A stretch of 64,000 nucleotides of DNA, from NCBI RefSeq assembly GCF_009914755.1, contig NC_060938.1; one strand, 5' to 3'. Positions 14,485 through 28,757 of the stretch are shown one piece after another. The position numbers and the translations under genes are program-made. The notes under the pieces are model-generated. The model saw only the letters and a list, made by a program, of their open reading frames with translations, made no database searches and had not been told where the DNA came from. The DNA is from the human T2T-CHM13v2.0 reference genome, Homo sapiens. Every line of letters starts with the position of its first letter. Position 1 is the stretch's first letter.

Positions 14485-15526
14485 AATGCAGGAGTCAGAG
14501 CAATAAAGCCCTTTTTACAAGATTTTTGAGTTATACACTGGACAGGACAGGATGAAGTGATGTTAACTGGTAATTGGCAATGGCTATCTCATAAAATTCC
14601 AGGTAGAAATAAATGCTCCCAACACTTACTTGCTATAGGCTGTGAGAGAGAAATGTAAACATTTTGACATATTCAAGGAACTCGTTTGGAAAATAGTTCT
14701 TTGTATTGGAGCTGAGATTCAAGGCCTTGTGGAATTTATTTCAGTTTAGAACTAAAATTTTTTTAATAGGTTGGTTTGTGTCATGTCCAATTTGTCTTGA
14801 GTTTTTAAAAACACAATAACAAAAGGTCACTTTTAAGGACAGGCTGAATGATTTGCATGATCTGCATAATTTACATGATAATTACAGTACCTTTCAGCTA
14901 AATATAACAGCAAATGTGAAGTACAAATTACTAAATAGCAATCTCCAGCAGTACATATGTTTACGGGGATACTTGAATAGTATGTCTCTCAGCAACCACT
15001 GACTGTTTTTCAGATTTGCAGAGTAGTTGAAAGTAATCTTTAGAAATATGTTGCTAAACTCTTGCCACAATAATCCACCCAATGAAATAATCGAAGTATT
15101 GCTAATTCATTTAGGTCTAAAGAAGGGGTTGGGGGATCATAAAGAAACCATTTTCCCAACCATCCCAATACAGATGAAAATTATCTTTATTAAGAATAGA
15201 CAAAATTGTTCCATAAAGCCTAGGCAAGTCTACATAGTCATAGCTCTAGAAGGCAGTTAACCAAGTTACTTAAGTCTGAAATCAACATTACCACAGACAA
15301 AAGTGCACTATGCAATGAATGGACTATCTTTGATAAATCTCTAACAGCTTTCTTGTCCAAACACTTAAGTGAGTACACAAAAAATGCTACAGGTTATGTA
15401 AATCTAGATTTAATAAAAATCACACTGAAATTCAAGTGAGCCAGTCATACTATTCTAGAATAAAAAACAACAAAACCCTTCAAACAAAAACATTCAAAAC
15501 CCTTGAATGAAAAACGACAGACTGTT

Positions 15527-15833
15527 GGCCAGGCGCAGTGACTCACGCCTGTAATCCCAGCACTTTGGGAGGCCGAGGCGGGCAGATCACGAGGTCAGGA
15601 GTTCAAGACCAGCCTGCCCAACATGGTGAAACCTCATCTCTACTAAAAATACAAAAAATTAGCCAGGCATACTGGTGCATGCTTGTAGTCCCACCTATTC
15701 AGGAGACTGAGACAGAAGAATCACTTGAACCCGGGAGGCGGAGGTTGCCGTGAGCCGAGATCGAGCCACTGCAATCCAGCCTGGGTGACAGAGCTAGACT
15801 TCATCTCAAAAAAAAAAAAAAAAGAAAAAGAAA
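15527..15833 (+). mobile_element. AluS (Sg-like)
   Basis: TSD aaaac(g/a)acagactgtt. Confidence 0.93.
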
Positions 15834-16419
15834 AACAACAGACTGTTTTGTCTGGCTCTACCAAAATATGGCTTTCCAGCTTCTCTTGAAAAGCCAAAAG
15901 ATCTAGCAATACTTGGCTCACTTACCTAGAGACCAACCGTTACTGGGAGCGGATTGGCAGCAGGATCCAAGCTCTCTAAATCGCCACAGTTTCCATCACT
16001 CCTTTGGTCATACCAACACTACTTAATCATGTACCATTTGTCTGTCCTCTGTAAAGATTTAAATGGGCTATCCCTGGTTTTCACACATTATAAATTATAC
16101 GTTCCTGGCACTAATAAACATTTATGTTCAACACTGATTGGAGGAAATCAGTTGGCAAAGTGGAACTGAAGAGAATCCAGAGACACAGGAAACCCATGTA
16201 ACATCTTAAGAGAACCCAACAGCCTGTGAAGAACCATATACGTAGAGTTGAATGGATACCAATGATTTTTAGAATAAGAGTTGGATTTCAAATAATTCAT
16301 AACATGCTAGGTAAGACATGACAGGCTAACACTATATGATTTCATGGACTGAAGCTATTAAAGAAAACAGAGCTTAAGAAAGTTCTCAAAACAAGAATCC
16401 TAATAAAAATATTAGTGAC

Positions 16420-16670
16420 ACCACCAGCATAACGTTTACTGAATATGAACCATGTGTTGGGAATACTTCTGAGAGTTTGTATAGGTATTTAGTTGTTAAA
16501 TCTCCACAACAACCTTACAATGTGATTATGATATTTTGCATCTACTTTCTAGATGAGGAAACTGAGGCACACAGTAGTTATGTCACTTGTCCAAGGTCGA
16601 ATACAAAAAAAATGGCAGAGCCCGAATTCAAATCAGTCTGTACACTTAACCACCAATCTATACTGCTTCC
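16420..16670 (-). mobile_element. MIR
   Basis: ctagatgaggaaactgaggcacag...acttgtccaaggtc. Confidence 0.75.
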
Positions 16671-17072
16671 TGATAAGGAAGAAAAATTCAAGGTATTGAA
16701 AAAGGCACTTGAGGCAACACAGGAAGCTTTCATTTGAGCTTTAGATTTTCAAAGGGCAGATACAAATGGTGAAAGGAAGGAAGCAACGAATACTGGGCAT
16801 AAAAGAATGGTGCTATCATACAAAAATAGTCTTAGGAAGGCTAATGCACAAAATCAGCTGAGGTTTATGAAAAATGCAAGGCAATAAAATGAGAATGTAC
16901 TTGCAGATGAAATTTTTTATTCTTATTGATTACAACATATATGCTTATTTTTTTTATATAAAAAATAGAGATATCTAAAAAATAGGAAGTGAAGATCATC
17001 ACACATAATCACCCCCTTCCAGCCAATTAACAACAATTTGGTAGAACTCCTTTCAAAATTGTTAATGCATAT

Positions 17073-17415
17073 TGCTATAGTCTGAATGTGTCCCCCAAAA
17101 TTCGTGTGATAAAAATTTAATCTCCAATGAAACAGTGTTGGGAAGTAAGGCCTTTTGGTGTTGAGGTCATAAGGGCTCTGCCCTCATAAATAGATTAATG
17201 CCACTATGAAAGGGGATTTGGGACATGGGTTCACTCTCTCTCATCCTTCTGCCTTCCACCATGTGAGGGCACACCCAGTAAGATGACACTCGTTAGATGC
17301 CAGCACCTCGATCTTGAACTTCCCAGCCTCCAGAACTGTAAGAAATAAACTTCTGTTCTTTATAAATTACCCAGTCTGAGGCATTTTGTTAAAGCAGCAC
17401 AAAAGAACTAAGACA
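17073..17415 (+). mobile_element. MaLR solo LTR (MSTD/MLT1A-like)
   Basis: TG...CA ends; tgctatagtctgaatgtgtcccccaaaa...ccagcctccagaactgtaagaaataaac...aactaagaca. Confidence 0.85.
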
Positions 17416-18200
17416 AAAATACTAACATTATTTTTCCCTAAAATAACAGATACAGGCTCAAAAATTATACTGTTCTATAACAATGCATGTTTCACCTAAA
17501 ATAGATCATTGAGTAGGTCTATCACATTCTTTTTACAAACTGATGAATATTTCACTATATGAATGTCCACAGTACAATTACCTCCTACTAAGGAACTTTG
17601 AAGTTATTTTCCAATTTTCTAATAATTATTAGCAATGGTGCATTCAATAACCTTTGTATATATATCTTTTGTACATATCTGATTATTTCTCACAGAATTG
17701 TTGGGTCTAAATTTAAGTTGATAGAATACTATCGGTTTTCTCTTCAGGACAATTATGCCAATTTAACGTATATGTGTATATAGCCATCTATTCATATATT
17801 TATTCATTCGTTTATTTGGTACATCTTCTTATGGGTTTTATGGCACGCTCAGCAGGGTCATCTCCACCTAAGGCGCTATTATGTTCCATTCTACTGTTCC
17901 AAAGCCATACTGTTTTAATTAACTTACCTTTTCCTTTGTAGTATATTATTTAATAAGTACCATATCATTAGTCATCTTTTTCAAAAATTTATTTCATAAC
18001 TCTAAACGTTTCAAGTTTTTAAAAAACTAATTTTAATTAGAACTGCACTAATGTATAAATAATTTGGAGATTATATAGACATCTTTCTGATGGTGAGTCT
18101 TTCCATCTAGCAATATGCTACATTTCTGCATTTATTCAAGCCTTCTTCAACTTTCATATATATTTTTAAAATTCTATTTCAAAAAATGAAGATTTTAAAA
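17416..18200 (-). mobile_element. Old L1M fragment (also about 16930-17070)
   Basis: Antisense L1ME-like 3'UTR/ORF2 motifs (gccatactgttttaatta, atttattcaagccttctt). Confidence 0.55.
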
Positions 18201-18211
18201 TTAATACTGGA

Positions 18212-18822
<611 letters not shown>

Positions 18823-18904
18823 AAAATTATTGGAATCAAGAAAAATAATACATTCTATCAATGCGGGCAGATAACATATGAGGGGGTTGTGAAAAGATGA
18901 ATTA

Positions 18905-19425
18905 ATATTTAATGAGCAACTACTATGCCCCATAGGTGATACCAGTAGACATTTTTACAAGTCATCTCATTTTATCTCATAACAAGCCTACTTGCTGTGA
19001 CTTGTTGTGATAGGTGATCTTAATGTCATTTTATAAAAAACGACACTGAGGCTCCGAGTGGTCAATAATCTGCCCAAGGTTTTCAGTCACCTGTTTAAGA
19101 TTGAAGGCAGGGATCCTGTCTTTGTATCCACACTGCCAAGTGAACTAAGCAGATTTGACAACTGTCGATTTTGACGTGTCTCCTGTTTTACTTAACAGTA
19201 TCTCATTTATCCTGTTATCCCATGTCATGAATCAGGAAATTCAGGCTTGGACAACAGGTATACAAACTTGCTGAAAGTCATACTGCAAGTAGGCAGAGAA
19301 GCCAGAGTTTGTATGCAGTTTCTTCTGACCCCAAAGTTCACATTCTCAGCTCCTAAAATATACTTACAATATATAGGGAAGTCAAGATTCAAACCCAAAG
19401 CTTCCTAACTTTCCACTACGTCATA
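18905..19425 (-). mobile_element. MIR fragments
   Basis: acactgaggctccgagtggtcaataatctgcccaaggt; agattcaaacccaaag. Confidence 0.6.
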
Positions 19426-20788
19426 GTAAAATAGCTCAATTCCTATTTTGCTTTTGTATTCACTGACAGAGGAATGACAGTCAGAAGACTGACTGCAAAG
19501 AACATATTCAGCTGCTACAGAAAATAAGTTGAAATCTCATGGATACAATAAATTCTGTCTAACTGAAGAAAGAAATTTTAAGCTGAGATTACCAAGATTC
19601 TTTTTTGAGACCACTGAAAACCCACAGAAAATAGAAATCTGCCCAAAGAAAAGAAACAGGGTAAACGTCATCCTGATTTGTCAAAAGGAAAAGGATGTAG
19701 GTTTCCATGTCATAAGAGAAACACACTAGGAACAGGTGGCACCATGGGAGACGATGGAGTTCAGAAAAATGCAAGGACAAGCGGGGGTGTGAAAAAGACC
19801 TGACTACCGAGTGCAGAGGTTAGAAGGACCTGTCAATTCAAGGACAGTTAAGTCACAGTGGGAAAGAGGAGGAGGAATGAGTGAGACGGGGGATAATGGG
19901 GTAAAATATCAGCATCAATCCCTCAAGCCCCAAAGGCCCACCCACTCCCCAGCAGAACCAAACTGGCCAGGAAGGGATCTCAGGAGAACCAGTTAAGAAA
20001 TTAAGGCCCCCTCTTAGAAGGCACCGGGAGCGAAGGTAAGTCATCAGCAGACTAAAGGGTAAGGAAAAGGACAGGAGGCCAACTTACAGATTACCAACAT
20101 GAATGAGCAGGGTATTCTGGAAAATGGGAGCTAACAGGTGCCCAGGGCTTATTCCCAACATGGCAGTTAATGCACTGATTAGTCAGATGATTTCATTCAA
20201 GCTCTCAATGGTGGTGCTGATTCTGCCAATACCCCTGCTTGCCACTTTCACAATTCATTCAGGAACTGGGGTGAGCCCTGGTGTGAAGGTCAAATTTATA
20301 ACAGATCCAGCAGATGGAAAGTAAAGAAGGCAACAATTGGAAAAATGAGGAAGGGGCTGAAAACATAAAGTATATAAATGAACTTCACCACTGACACTTT
20401 ATTTCTTGTCTCTGGCAAAATTTTAGGACAGATGAACAAACCCATGGTTTGCAAGCACTTAGGGCAGGATCATCAGTAAACAGCACTAGCTCTAGACGTT
20501 CACTAATACCACATGGCAGATAAATGGCATTCCTTTTTATGATAAAGTTACAAGGCCTATAGATGACAGTAATGCTATAAACACAGAGTCCTGGCTTTTA
20601 CCATAGCATCTAATAGTCTCTATGTTCTCCATACAACCAAAATTAAGAAATGCAGGAAGGATGATAATATACTAGTAAATTTCTGGATCAAGGATAAAAC
20701 TCAAAGATTACTGATTAATGATGAAGCTGTGTAATATAGGGAATTTCTAAAGGCTCCTATCTCAACCCTGGCTAGTTTAACAACTTTT

Positions 20789-21388
20789 TCTTTTTTTTAA
20801 AATTATTTTTATTTTTATAGTTTTGGGAGTACAAGTGCAGTTGTGTTACATGGATATATTGCATTGATATAGTTTGGTTTTTGTTCCCTCCAAATCTCGT
20901 GTTGAAATGTGATCCCCAGTGTTGGAGGTGGGGCCTAGTGAGAGGTATCTGGATCATGGAGGTATGGAGGTGGGTCCCTCATGAATGGCTTGGTGCTGTC
21001 CTTGAAGTAATGAGTGAGTTCTCACTCTATTAGCTACCGTGAGATGTGGTTGTTTAAAAAAAAAAAAAAAAAAAAAAAAAGCCTGACACCTCTGCCCCCT
21101 CTGTCTTGCTCCTCTCTCACCACGTGACACACATGCTCCCCTTTTGCTTTCCACCATGATTATAAGCTTCCTGAGGCCCTCACCAGAAGCAGATGCTAGT
21201 GCCATGCTTCGTGTACAGTCCGAAGAACAATGAACCAAATACACCTCTTTTCTTCATAAATTACCCAGCCACAAGAATTCCTTTACAGCAACACAAAATA
21301 GACTACTAGAAGCATGGCAGTGAAGTCTGGGCTTTTAGCGTACCCATATATAATAGTGTGCACTGTACCCAATAGGTAGTGTTTTATC
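20789..21388 (-). mobile_element. Short L1MA/L1PB 3' end split by an MSTB LTR
   Basis: ttttgggagtacaagtgcagttgtgttacatggatatattgcat / ggcagtgaagtctgggcttttagcgtaccc; TSD-like ctagtt(t/a)aacaa on both sides. Confidence 0.75.
20865..21310 (+). mobile_element. MSTB-like MaLR solo LTR
   Basis: tgatatagtttgg...gatccccagtgttggaggtggggcc...tgaggccctcaccagaagcagatgc; ~5-bp TSD (t/a)gcat; internal A25 run. Confidence 0.88.
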
Positions 21389-21571
21389 CTAGTTAAACAA
21401 TTTTAATCAATGACTTAGATGAGGCCGATAGCATATTTAGGTTACAGATGTCATAAAGATGGAAGACACAGTGAATAAGGTAGATATGAATAAGGGATAA
21501 ATGATTCCACAGGAACATATGCCAAGTACTACACTTAGATAAAAAAGCCAACTGTGTAACAACCAACAATA

Positions 21572-21678
21572 AGCCAGGCATGGTGGTGCACACCTGTAGT
21601 TTCAGCTACTTGGAAGACTGAGATGGATCACTTGAGCCCAATCTGGGCAACATAGCAAGACCCTGTTTGTTTAAAAAA
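21572..21678 (+). mobile_element. Alu monomer (FLAM/FRAM-like, deleted)
   Basis: gccaggcatggtggtgcacacctgtagt...gggcaacatagcaagaccctgt. Confidence 0.8.
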
Positions 21679-22004
21679 GGGAAAAGAAGAGAAACATGCA
21701 GCAATATGCAGAAAGCTCAATTAGAAGCCAGCTATAACCAGAAGCTTAACATAAGTTGGCAATGTCATGCTACAGCAAGAAATGCTCATGAGACTTTTCC
21801 TTTAAGAAACCTAAAGTCACGACAAGGGAATGAAAAAGCCAACTCTAAGCCGCACTGGGCTGACCAGGCTCAGGGCATTCTGTTCAAATATAGATGTCAT
21901 ATTAGAGGACAAATGGACACAACCAGGATACTGAAGGCTTCAAAACTAACAAATGAGAGAAGGTTGACAGAACGAAGAACTCGGTCTAGAGGAGAAAATG
22001 CATA

Positions 22005-22266
22005 CTGACAGCTGGTAGGCTAGATCCAGAAGGCAAATGGGCTAGTTCATTCTGTACAAGATTTTAGTAATACCAGAAAACTTCACAGAAGAATCTGGAT
22101 TTCTATTTATCTTGGGGATTGGCGAGGAGAAAAGTCTGGGGATAACTGAATGAAGAGGGGTAGCCAAAGCCCCATTTAATAGGAACCAGTCTACATCCTA
22201 TTGTCTGACCCCTGGCTTTCAGACTTACTATGTATGAGGCTATGAGCATTTGAATTGCAACCACTG
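22005..22266. mobile_element. MER102-like hAT-Charlie element
   Basis: gaatctggatttcta...gcatttgaattgcaaccactg. Confidence 0.5.
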
Positions 22267-23492
22267 TTATAGAGAAAAAGAGTCAAAGGGTGAACACAAA
22301 AGCTGTGTTCTAAGACCTGAAAGGTTATGTCTGGGCTACAGATATACTAAGAAATTATTCTGGGGAGAATAAAGACAAAGGGTACAAGGCATAGAGAGGT
22401 TCAACATAAAAAAAGAACTTCCTAACAAAAATGGAACAAGCTACCTGTGTATATGGCTTTTCTTCACTGAAAAAGGGTCTCAAAGGAGACTAATTTGCTA
22501 AAGAACTAGAATACATAACCCAAAATGTCCTTTCCAAATCTGGGTTTCTCTGATGTTTTCGTATTATAAGTTTCATTATCTTCAGTACTGTCTACCATGG
22601 ACAGCACACTGGGCTGAGCCCTGGATGTTTTTGTGTAAGAAAAGCACTGGCTTCATAGTAAGACCATAGGATTTACTGATTCCATGTCAACTAAATACAG
22701 GCTCTAATAGAGAATTACTATCTGATCCTCTTAGGCACATTAATTCACAAAAAATAGGAGAACCCTATTATTTCATTAGTCTTCAGATGTGAGGGCTACT
22801 TCTCCCTTGAAGTCACTCCAAGTTACAGTGAGGGAATCACAAGAAGGCATCACGGCATGATGGACAGAAATCCAGAATAGGAAATGTGCTTGAGCAAACT
22901 TGATAATCTTTCTAGACCTCAGTTTATGCATCTATAAAATGGGGCGGAGGGTGAGGGAGGGCATAAAAATTTAGTCATGACTACTTTACAAGACTGTTGT
23001 ACAAATCAACTAACGCAGGCAAAGGTGCTCTGACAATTAGACAGCACTATATACATGCAAGGCTTTCCAATACAAAATGTAGATCTACTATGTATCACTT
23101 ACATTTTTTTTGAAATAAGTTATGCTTCCCTGGCATAACAATCCATACCAATTTACCTATTTACCCCGTGATCCACGTATCCATCTATTTACCTACCTTT
23201 CCATCTCTATTTCAGACCTCACTTTTCCAAACCCTCTCATGTTAAAGTGTGAGCCAGGATTCACCAGTGTGGTACCAAAGTACTCTAAATGTGAAGTATT
23301 GCTCAAGGATCCGCCCCATGTACCTAGGGGAATAGGGTGTACAGGTACTAATGAGCCGCACAGGCAAGGCACCAAAGCTCCTTTCAGCTCTGAGCTGACA
23401 TCTGAACTTTGGGTTTAATTCCACTTAGCCTTACTTAGGATGTAGAGAGGCCTCCATGCCCCTCAGCTCTCTGGAAGCTTGCCTGACCCTGT

Positions 23493-23564
23493 TGGATTGA
23501 ACCCTATGAAACTGCTGTTTTGAGTGTCAAAAACAGTCAAAAAATTGGCTATGGTTCAACCTAT
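23493..23564. mobile_element. MADE2 (Mariner MITE)
   Basis: Inverted termini ggattgaaccctatgaaa ... tatggttcaaccta. Confidence 0.75.
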
Positions 23565-23680
23565 ATATCCTAAATTCCAAATGTATTAATTTAATTAAGG
23601 AGGGAAATGAGATCACAAAGGTTATCAGCCCCATCCCAGTAAGGCACAGGAGACCAATTTCCTGCCAAATTAATGTTTTA

Positions 23681-23732
23681 CTTTTTATTTTATTTTTAGA
23701 GACAGGGTCTTGCTCTTTTGCCCAGGCTAGAT
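23681..23732 (-). mobile_element. Extremely 5'-truncated Alu (52 bp)
   Basis: 15-bp TSD CAAATTAATGTTTTA at 23666-23680 and 23733-23747. Confidence 0.9.
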
Positions 23733-24536
23733 CAAATTAATGTTTTAAATTTGAAATTCTTCTTACCGGCTTACTAGGAGATAAACATTTATTCTTTCCT
23801 ACATTAGATGCCCCACATGTCACTCAGAAGAGAGCTACACCAGTTTGGCTCAAGCACCCATTTTTAGAGACGAATATATCAACAACAGGAGCAAGGAAGT
23901 GTTACCTAAAACTTCAGTGCCATGAAAGCACCCAAGTTCCAGGTAAAAAGGAAGATCCATTGTTATAACATGCACAATGAGGAGTCAGGAAAAAAGTGTT
24001 CCCGGAGATGTTCCAAATGGAGACATGAGAGTTAATCCCTTTAGGGAAATTTTAGAATGTTAAGCTATGCTATTTTCTAGCAGTGAAATCTCATCAGTAC
24101 CCTGACTTTGATTATTTATTACAGGTTACTTATGCTTTGAAGTCTGAGCTTGCCTACTCAGTTTTAACAGATCTACACCACACTTCTTTAAGAATCCTTA
24201 CGCAAATGTAAGTCTTTAAGCTATATAACGATTCCCACAAACCAAGGTTATATAAATGAAATTCCTTTATAATTAAATTTTTAGAGAAAACTGTAGGGAT
24301 TTAGGCATTAGCATTCCTGGCTATTTAAAATGTAATTGATTTCTACCATAAATAAACTTAAATGTACCTATTACTTTTAATAGGCAGTAATGGAAATTAA
24401 CTTATGTTTATATATATATATATATTTTGTGGGTGATATAACTGTCATTGCAAAACTTTTTTAACAAACATGAAGAGAAAATGAGATAAAGTGTTAACTG
24501 GATGACAAATACACACAACCACAATAATTTGCTTAC

Positions 24537-24629
24537 CTGTAATACAAATTTCTGATCTATATATTTTTTGGCAATGCTGGGTTGGAATTCTTGGCTTTCC
24601 AAAAATCGTATGAAAAATTCATATACAAG
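24537..24629 (-). CDS. PPP2R5E: PPP2R5E coding exon (exon 5; 93 nt; [31 protein letters not shown])
   Basis: Contained in track ORF 24408..24782; acceptor ttgttgcag|CTT, donor CAG|gtaagc. Confidence 0.97.
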
Positions 24630-24799
24630 CTGCAACAAACAGATTATAATTAATTTCAAATTATGACTCACTGAGAACAGTACTAAAAACCACCAAAAGC
24701 CTGTAACACTAAAAGTGACAGGGCTTAGAAAATTGATTTTAATATCAATCAACAAACCAGGCCAGCCTTTCTTGTGGCTCACAGTTGCTGTTATGCTTT

Positions 24800-25390
24800 C
24801 AACTTTTAAAATTTTAAATTAGAAAATACAACTAAACAAAGCAAAGAAAAATTTCCCATAATCTTGCCATTCAGAGACAACCACTGTTAACATTTCAATG
24901 TATATATTTCCTTCTACAACATACTAATGTACTATAAATATATTCTTCCAGTTTTGCAAACTACTTGTACCATTTAAACAATATATTATGTATATACTTC
25001 ATTTAACATACCATATAAATATATTTTTACAGTTTCACAGACTACTTTTACCATTTAAACAATGTATTATGAACAATTTACATCAATAATATCTCAACTA
25101 TCATTCTTAGTAGCTGTAAGTAGTCCATTATAATTTATAATGAATAATTCCATTATTCATAATTAATTTAACCAACCTCCCAGGCTTAGACATTTAAGTA
25201 GTTTCTGAATTATTTCTCCATCATTCTGCGACAACGTGCATCACATAACATACATCAGTATGTACTTGTTCAATTATGTCATGAGGAAATATTTCTAAAT
25301 GTGGAATTGCTAGATCACAAGATATCCAAACATTCAGAATTTTTGATACTCACTGACAAATTTCTTTTCAGAAAGTTTATGGCAATTTCT
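24800..25390 (-). mobile_element. Old L1ME 3'UTR
   Basis: agagacaaccactgttaacattt; gtggaattgctagatcacaag. Confidence 0.55.
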
Positions 25391-25574
25391 ACTCATCGGA
25401 TCATAAGATGGTGTGGCACAATATACCCATCTGCAAAAAGTCAGCCTCAAATAATTGTTCTGATAAACAGTGGGGAATCACTGCGTATTCTCTTTGCATA
25501 ATAAGCCTATGTCAAAGGCTACATCAGATCCTGACGAGGTATGCAACAGTATATCAAAACCAGAACCTTTAACT

Positions 25575-25700
25575 GGTACAACTGCCTGCGCCTGCAGTCT
25601 CAGCTACTCAGAAGGCTGAGGAGGGAGGACTGCTTCAGCCCAGGAGTTTGAGTCAAGCCTGGGCAAGAGAACAAGACTCTGTTTCTCTAAAAAATACATA
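25575..25700 (+). mobile_element. FLAM Alu monomer (followed by MIR to about 25900)
   Basis: gcctgcagtctcagctactcagaaggctgagg...cccaggagtttgag. Confidence 0.75.
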
Positions 25701-25914
25701 TATAATCCAGAACTTTTTAAACCATGAATACTGGGTTGAATGCCTAACTCTTTTCCTTACTAACTGTGTAACCCTGAGCAAGTTAACTTCTCTGAAACTT
25801 TGTCTCTTCGATTTTATAATGGAGATGGATAGTCTCTAAGATTAAATGTGAAAATACACACATAAAGCCCTCTGCACAATGACTAACATGTATCATCATC
25901 ACTATTCCTAAAAT

Positions 25915-27353
25915 AACATTTGCTAACTTTTTGGTCTCACTCCTTTACACTTAAAAATTAACAAGGACCCCAAAGCTTTTGTTTATATGAGATATATATG
26001 ATATATATAATATCTAATCAGAAATAAAAAGTGAAAAAAACTTTAAAATTTCACTGTTTCATTTAAAAACAAGGTGCATTATATGTTAACATAATTATGT
26101 TCCTGAAAAAAAAAGAAAAAAAAAACTTTACTTTCCAAAAGAATTGAGAAGAAAGCCATTGTTTTATAGTTTTATAAATCTCTTTAATATGTGGCTTAAT
26201 GTAAGACAGATTTTCATCTGCTTCTATATCCAATCTGTTGTGATATGTCATTTTGGTTTAAGTATACAAAGAAAATCAAGGCTGACGGAGATCCAGGGAG
26301 ATCTCCATCAAAAAAGGGAGAGTATTTTACTAGTTTCTTTTTCTCCCACATAATTGTAGATATTCTTCTTTGATGCTACACTAAATTCAACAAATTGTCA
26401 TTTCTTAAAGATTAGTTGCAACACAGAATCTGAAATGATATCAATGAACTTTTCATACTTTGTTACACTAAAATCCAATCATCTGTCTTGCACTTTGAAT
26501 GGATCTTTATCCATGCATGCTTTCCTAACATCATTTGCCAACTGGAAAATATTGGTTCATTGAGTTACGCAGCTCTTTTAAATGTTGACATGTTTTATTA
26601 TACAGTATCTAAAAAATCACATTCTTTATTATCTCAATTTTATTTTTAAAAAGTCTTTAAGCTTTGGGAAGCTGCAAGCTCAAGGTGACAGATGCAAGAC
26701 AGATACAAGTTTTCTAAAATTCTAATTCTAAATTCTGCATTAATGCTCTAATTTTGTCAGTGGTAACAAATATTGTCAAATGGTTTTCTTGTTTGTTTCA
26801 GACAAAATATCCGCCAAATACCCAAGCCTGAATAATCATAGTTTGTTAGTCATTCCTTCAAGTAAAAATGATGTTTCATGAGGAGGAAAAAAAAAAAAAA
26901 AAGGCTAGTTTGGGTTACAGCTCAAAAACTATTACACAAATGCTTTTCCATAAGATAACCATTATATTTCAGTATGCAGTGGATGTTACTATGCATACTT
27001 CCCATTGTATCATGTAGAATATTTTTAAATGTGTGCTTGAGGGTCAAAATGTAATAAAATTATTAATTTTCACTGTTTCTTCAAAGATGTTCTCAAGTGA
27101 AATCGGCTTTTTTACATTTTTAATTACAAGTACGTGGCAGTGAAGAATACTCAACCAGTTTGACACAAGTGCCTTGATTCTCGTTAAGGTAGCAGCAATT
27201 TTAACCACCGCCACTTTTGCAATGAATAGTACAAACGTCAACACAGTGAAAGGACAAATCATATATACAGCACTGTTATAAAGGTAGTTTTGACCTTGCA
27301 GGACATGGAAAATCAGGTCTCAGAGCCCCTCTAAGGGTCCACAGATACCACTG
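25915..27353 (-). mobile_element. Charlie1a-like hAT DNA transposon (~1.44 kb)
   Basis: Both ends are recognisable: ttttggtctcactcctttacacttaaaaatt...ggaccccaaagc and tagttttgaccttgcagg...gggtccacagataccactg. Confidence 0.75.
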
Positions 27354-28222
27354 ATTTAAATGTTTCTTCTCACGTCAGACTCTAATTTAAGACTTAAATT
27401 AGGGATTCACGTTAGCATTTTACTTCCTTATAAAACTATGTTTTTCTCCTTGGAACTCTCTGAATTCAGAAAAATTTCTTTCCTAATGATCCGGACGTTG
27501 CCAAATTTCACATGTTATTTTGCTAGTCAAAATAATGCCCAAGTCCTAAGACCTCAGAGAATTGTTCCTTTTCTAATACACTCATCTGTCAACTCTCAGT
27601 TTTACATACAGAATGTCAGCCTTATTCAAATGACCCCATCAAGTGGGTTTTAGCCCTCTTTCGATTGCCACAAAGAGGGGAGATTCTCATCTTCTAAGCT
27701 GGCCTGTGGACTGGCAAGGCTTTCCAGCAAGACTGGCAAAGTGCTCTCTCCTCTCTGGTCACTTGAAAGCAGTTATGGTCTAAAATGTTTGGTGGAAACA
27801 CTTCAGACATATTTATTAATAAGCATAAGTGTTCTCTGCACTTAAGAGAAAGATTCTACGTCAAAATCAAAAATCTCCCTTAAGTTTCTAAAGAGAAAGA
27901 CTGGGGGCTGGGGAGGACAAATTACTTTTCAAGGTTACATAAATGAATTCTCCAAGGAACTTTAGTAAGAAGACTAGCATTCCTGTTTGTCAGTCTCAAA
28001 CGGAAAGCACTAAAAACAAATTCTTAATTGTAAATGAAAGTCCTATAAAATTGTATTCTACTGAAGACACACCTAATTTCAGAAAATACATAAACAAGAT
28101 ACTATTTTGGATAACTGAAAAGGTTGAATAACATACAGAGTAGACCCCTTTGACATATTTGAACTAAAAATTATTCTTTTGTCTATTTTTAAAGATCCCA
28201 AAAGATCCACAATTTGTTATAA

Positions 28223-28757
<535 letters not shown>

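Noticed and set aside
21056-21080. A25 run inside MSTB as a possible retro-insertion
   Set aside because: No TSD or body; consistent with slippage of a short A run in the LTR.
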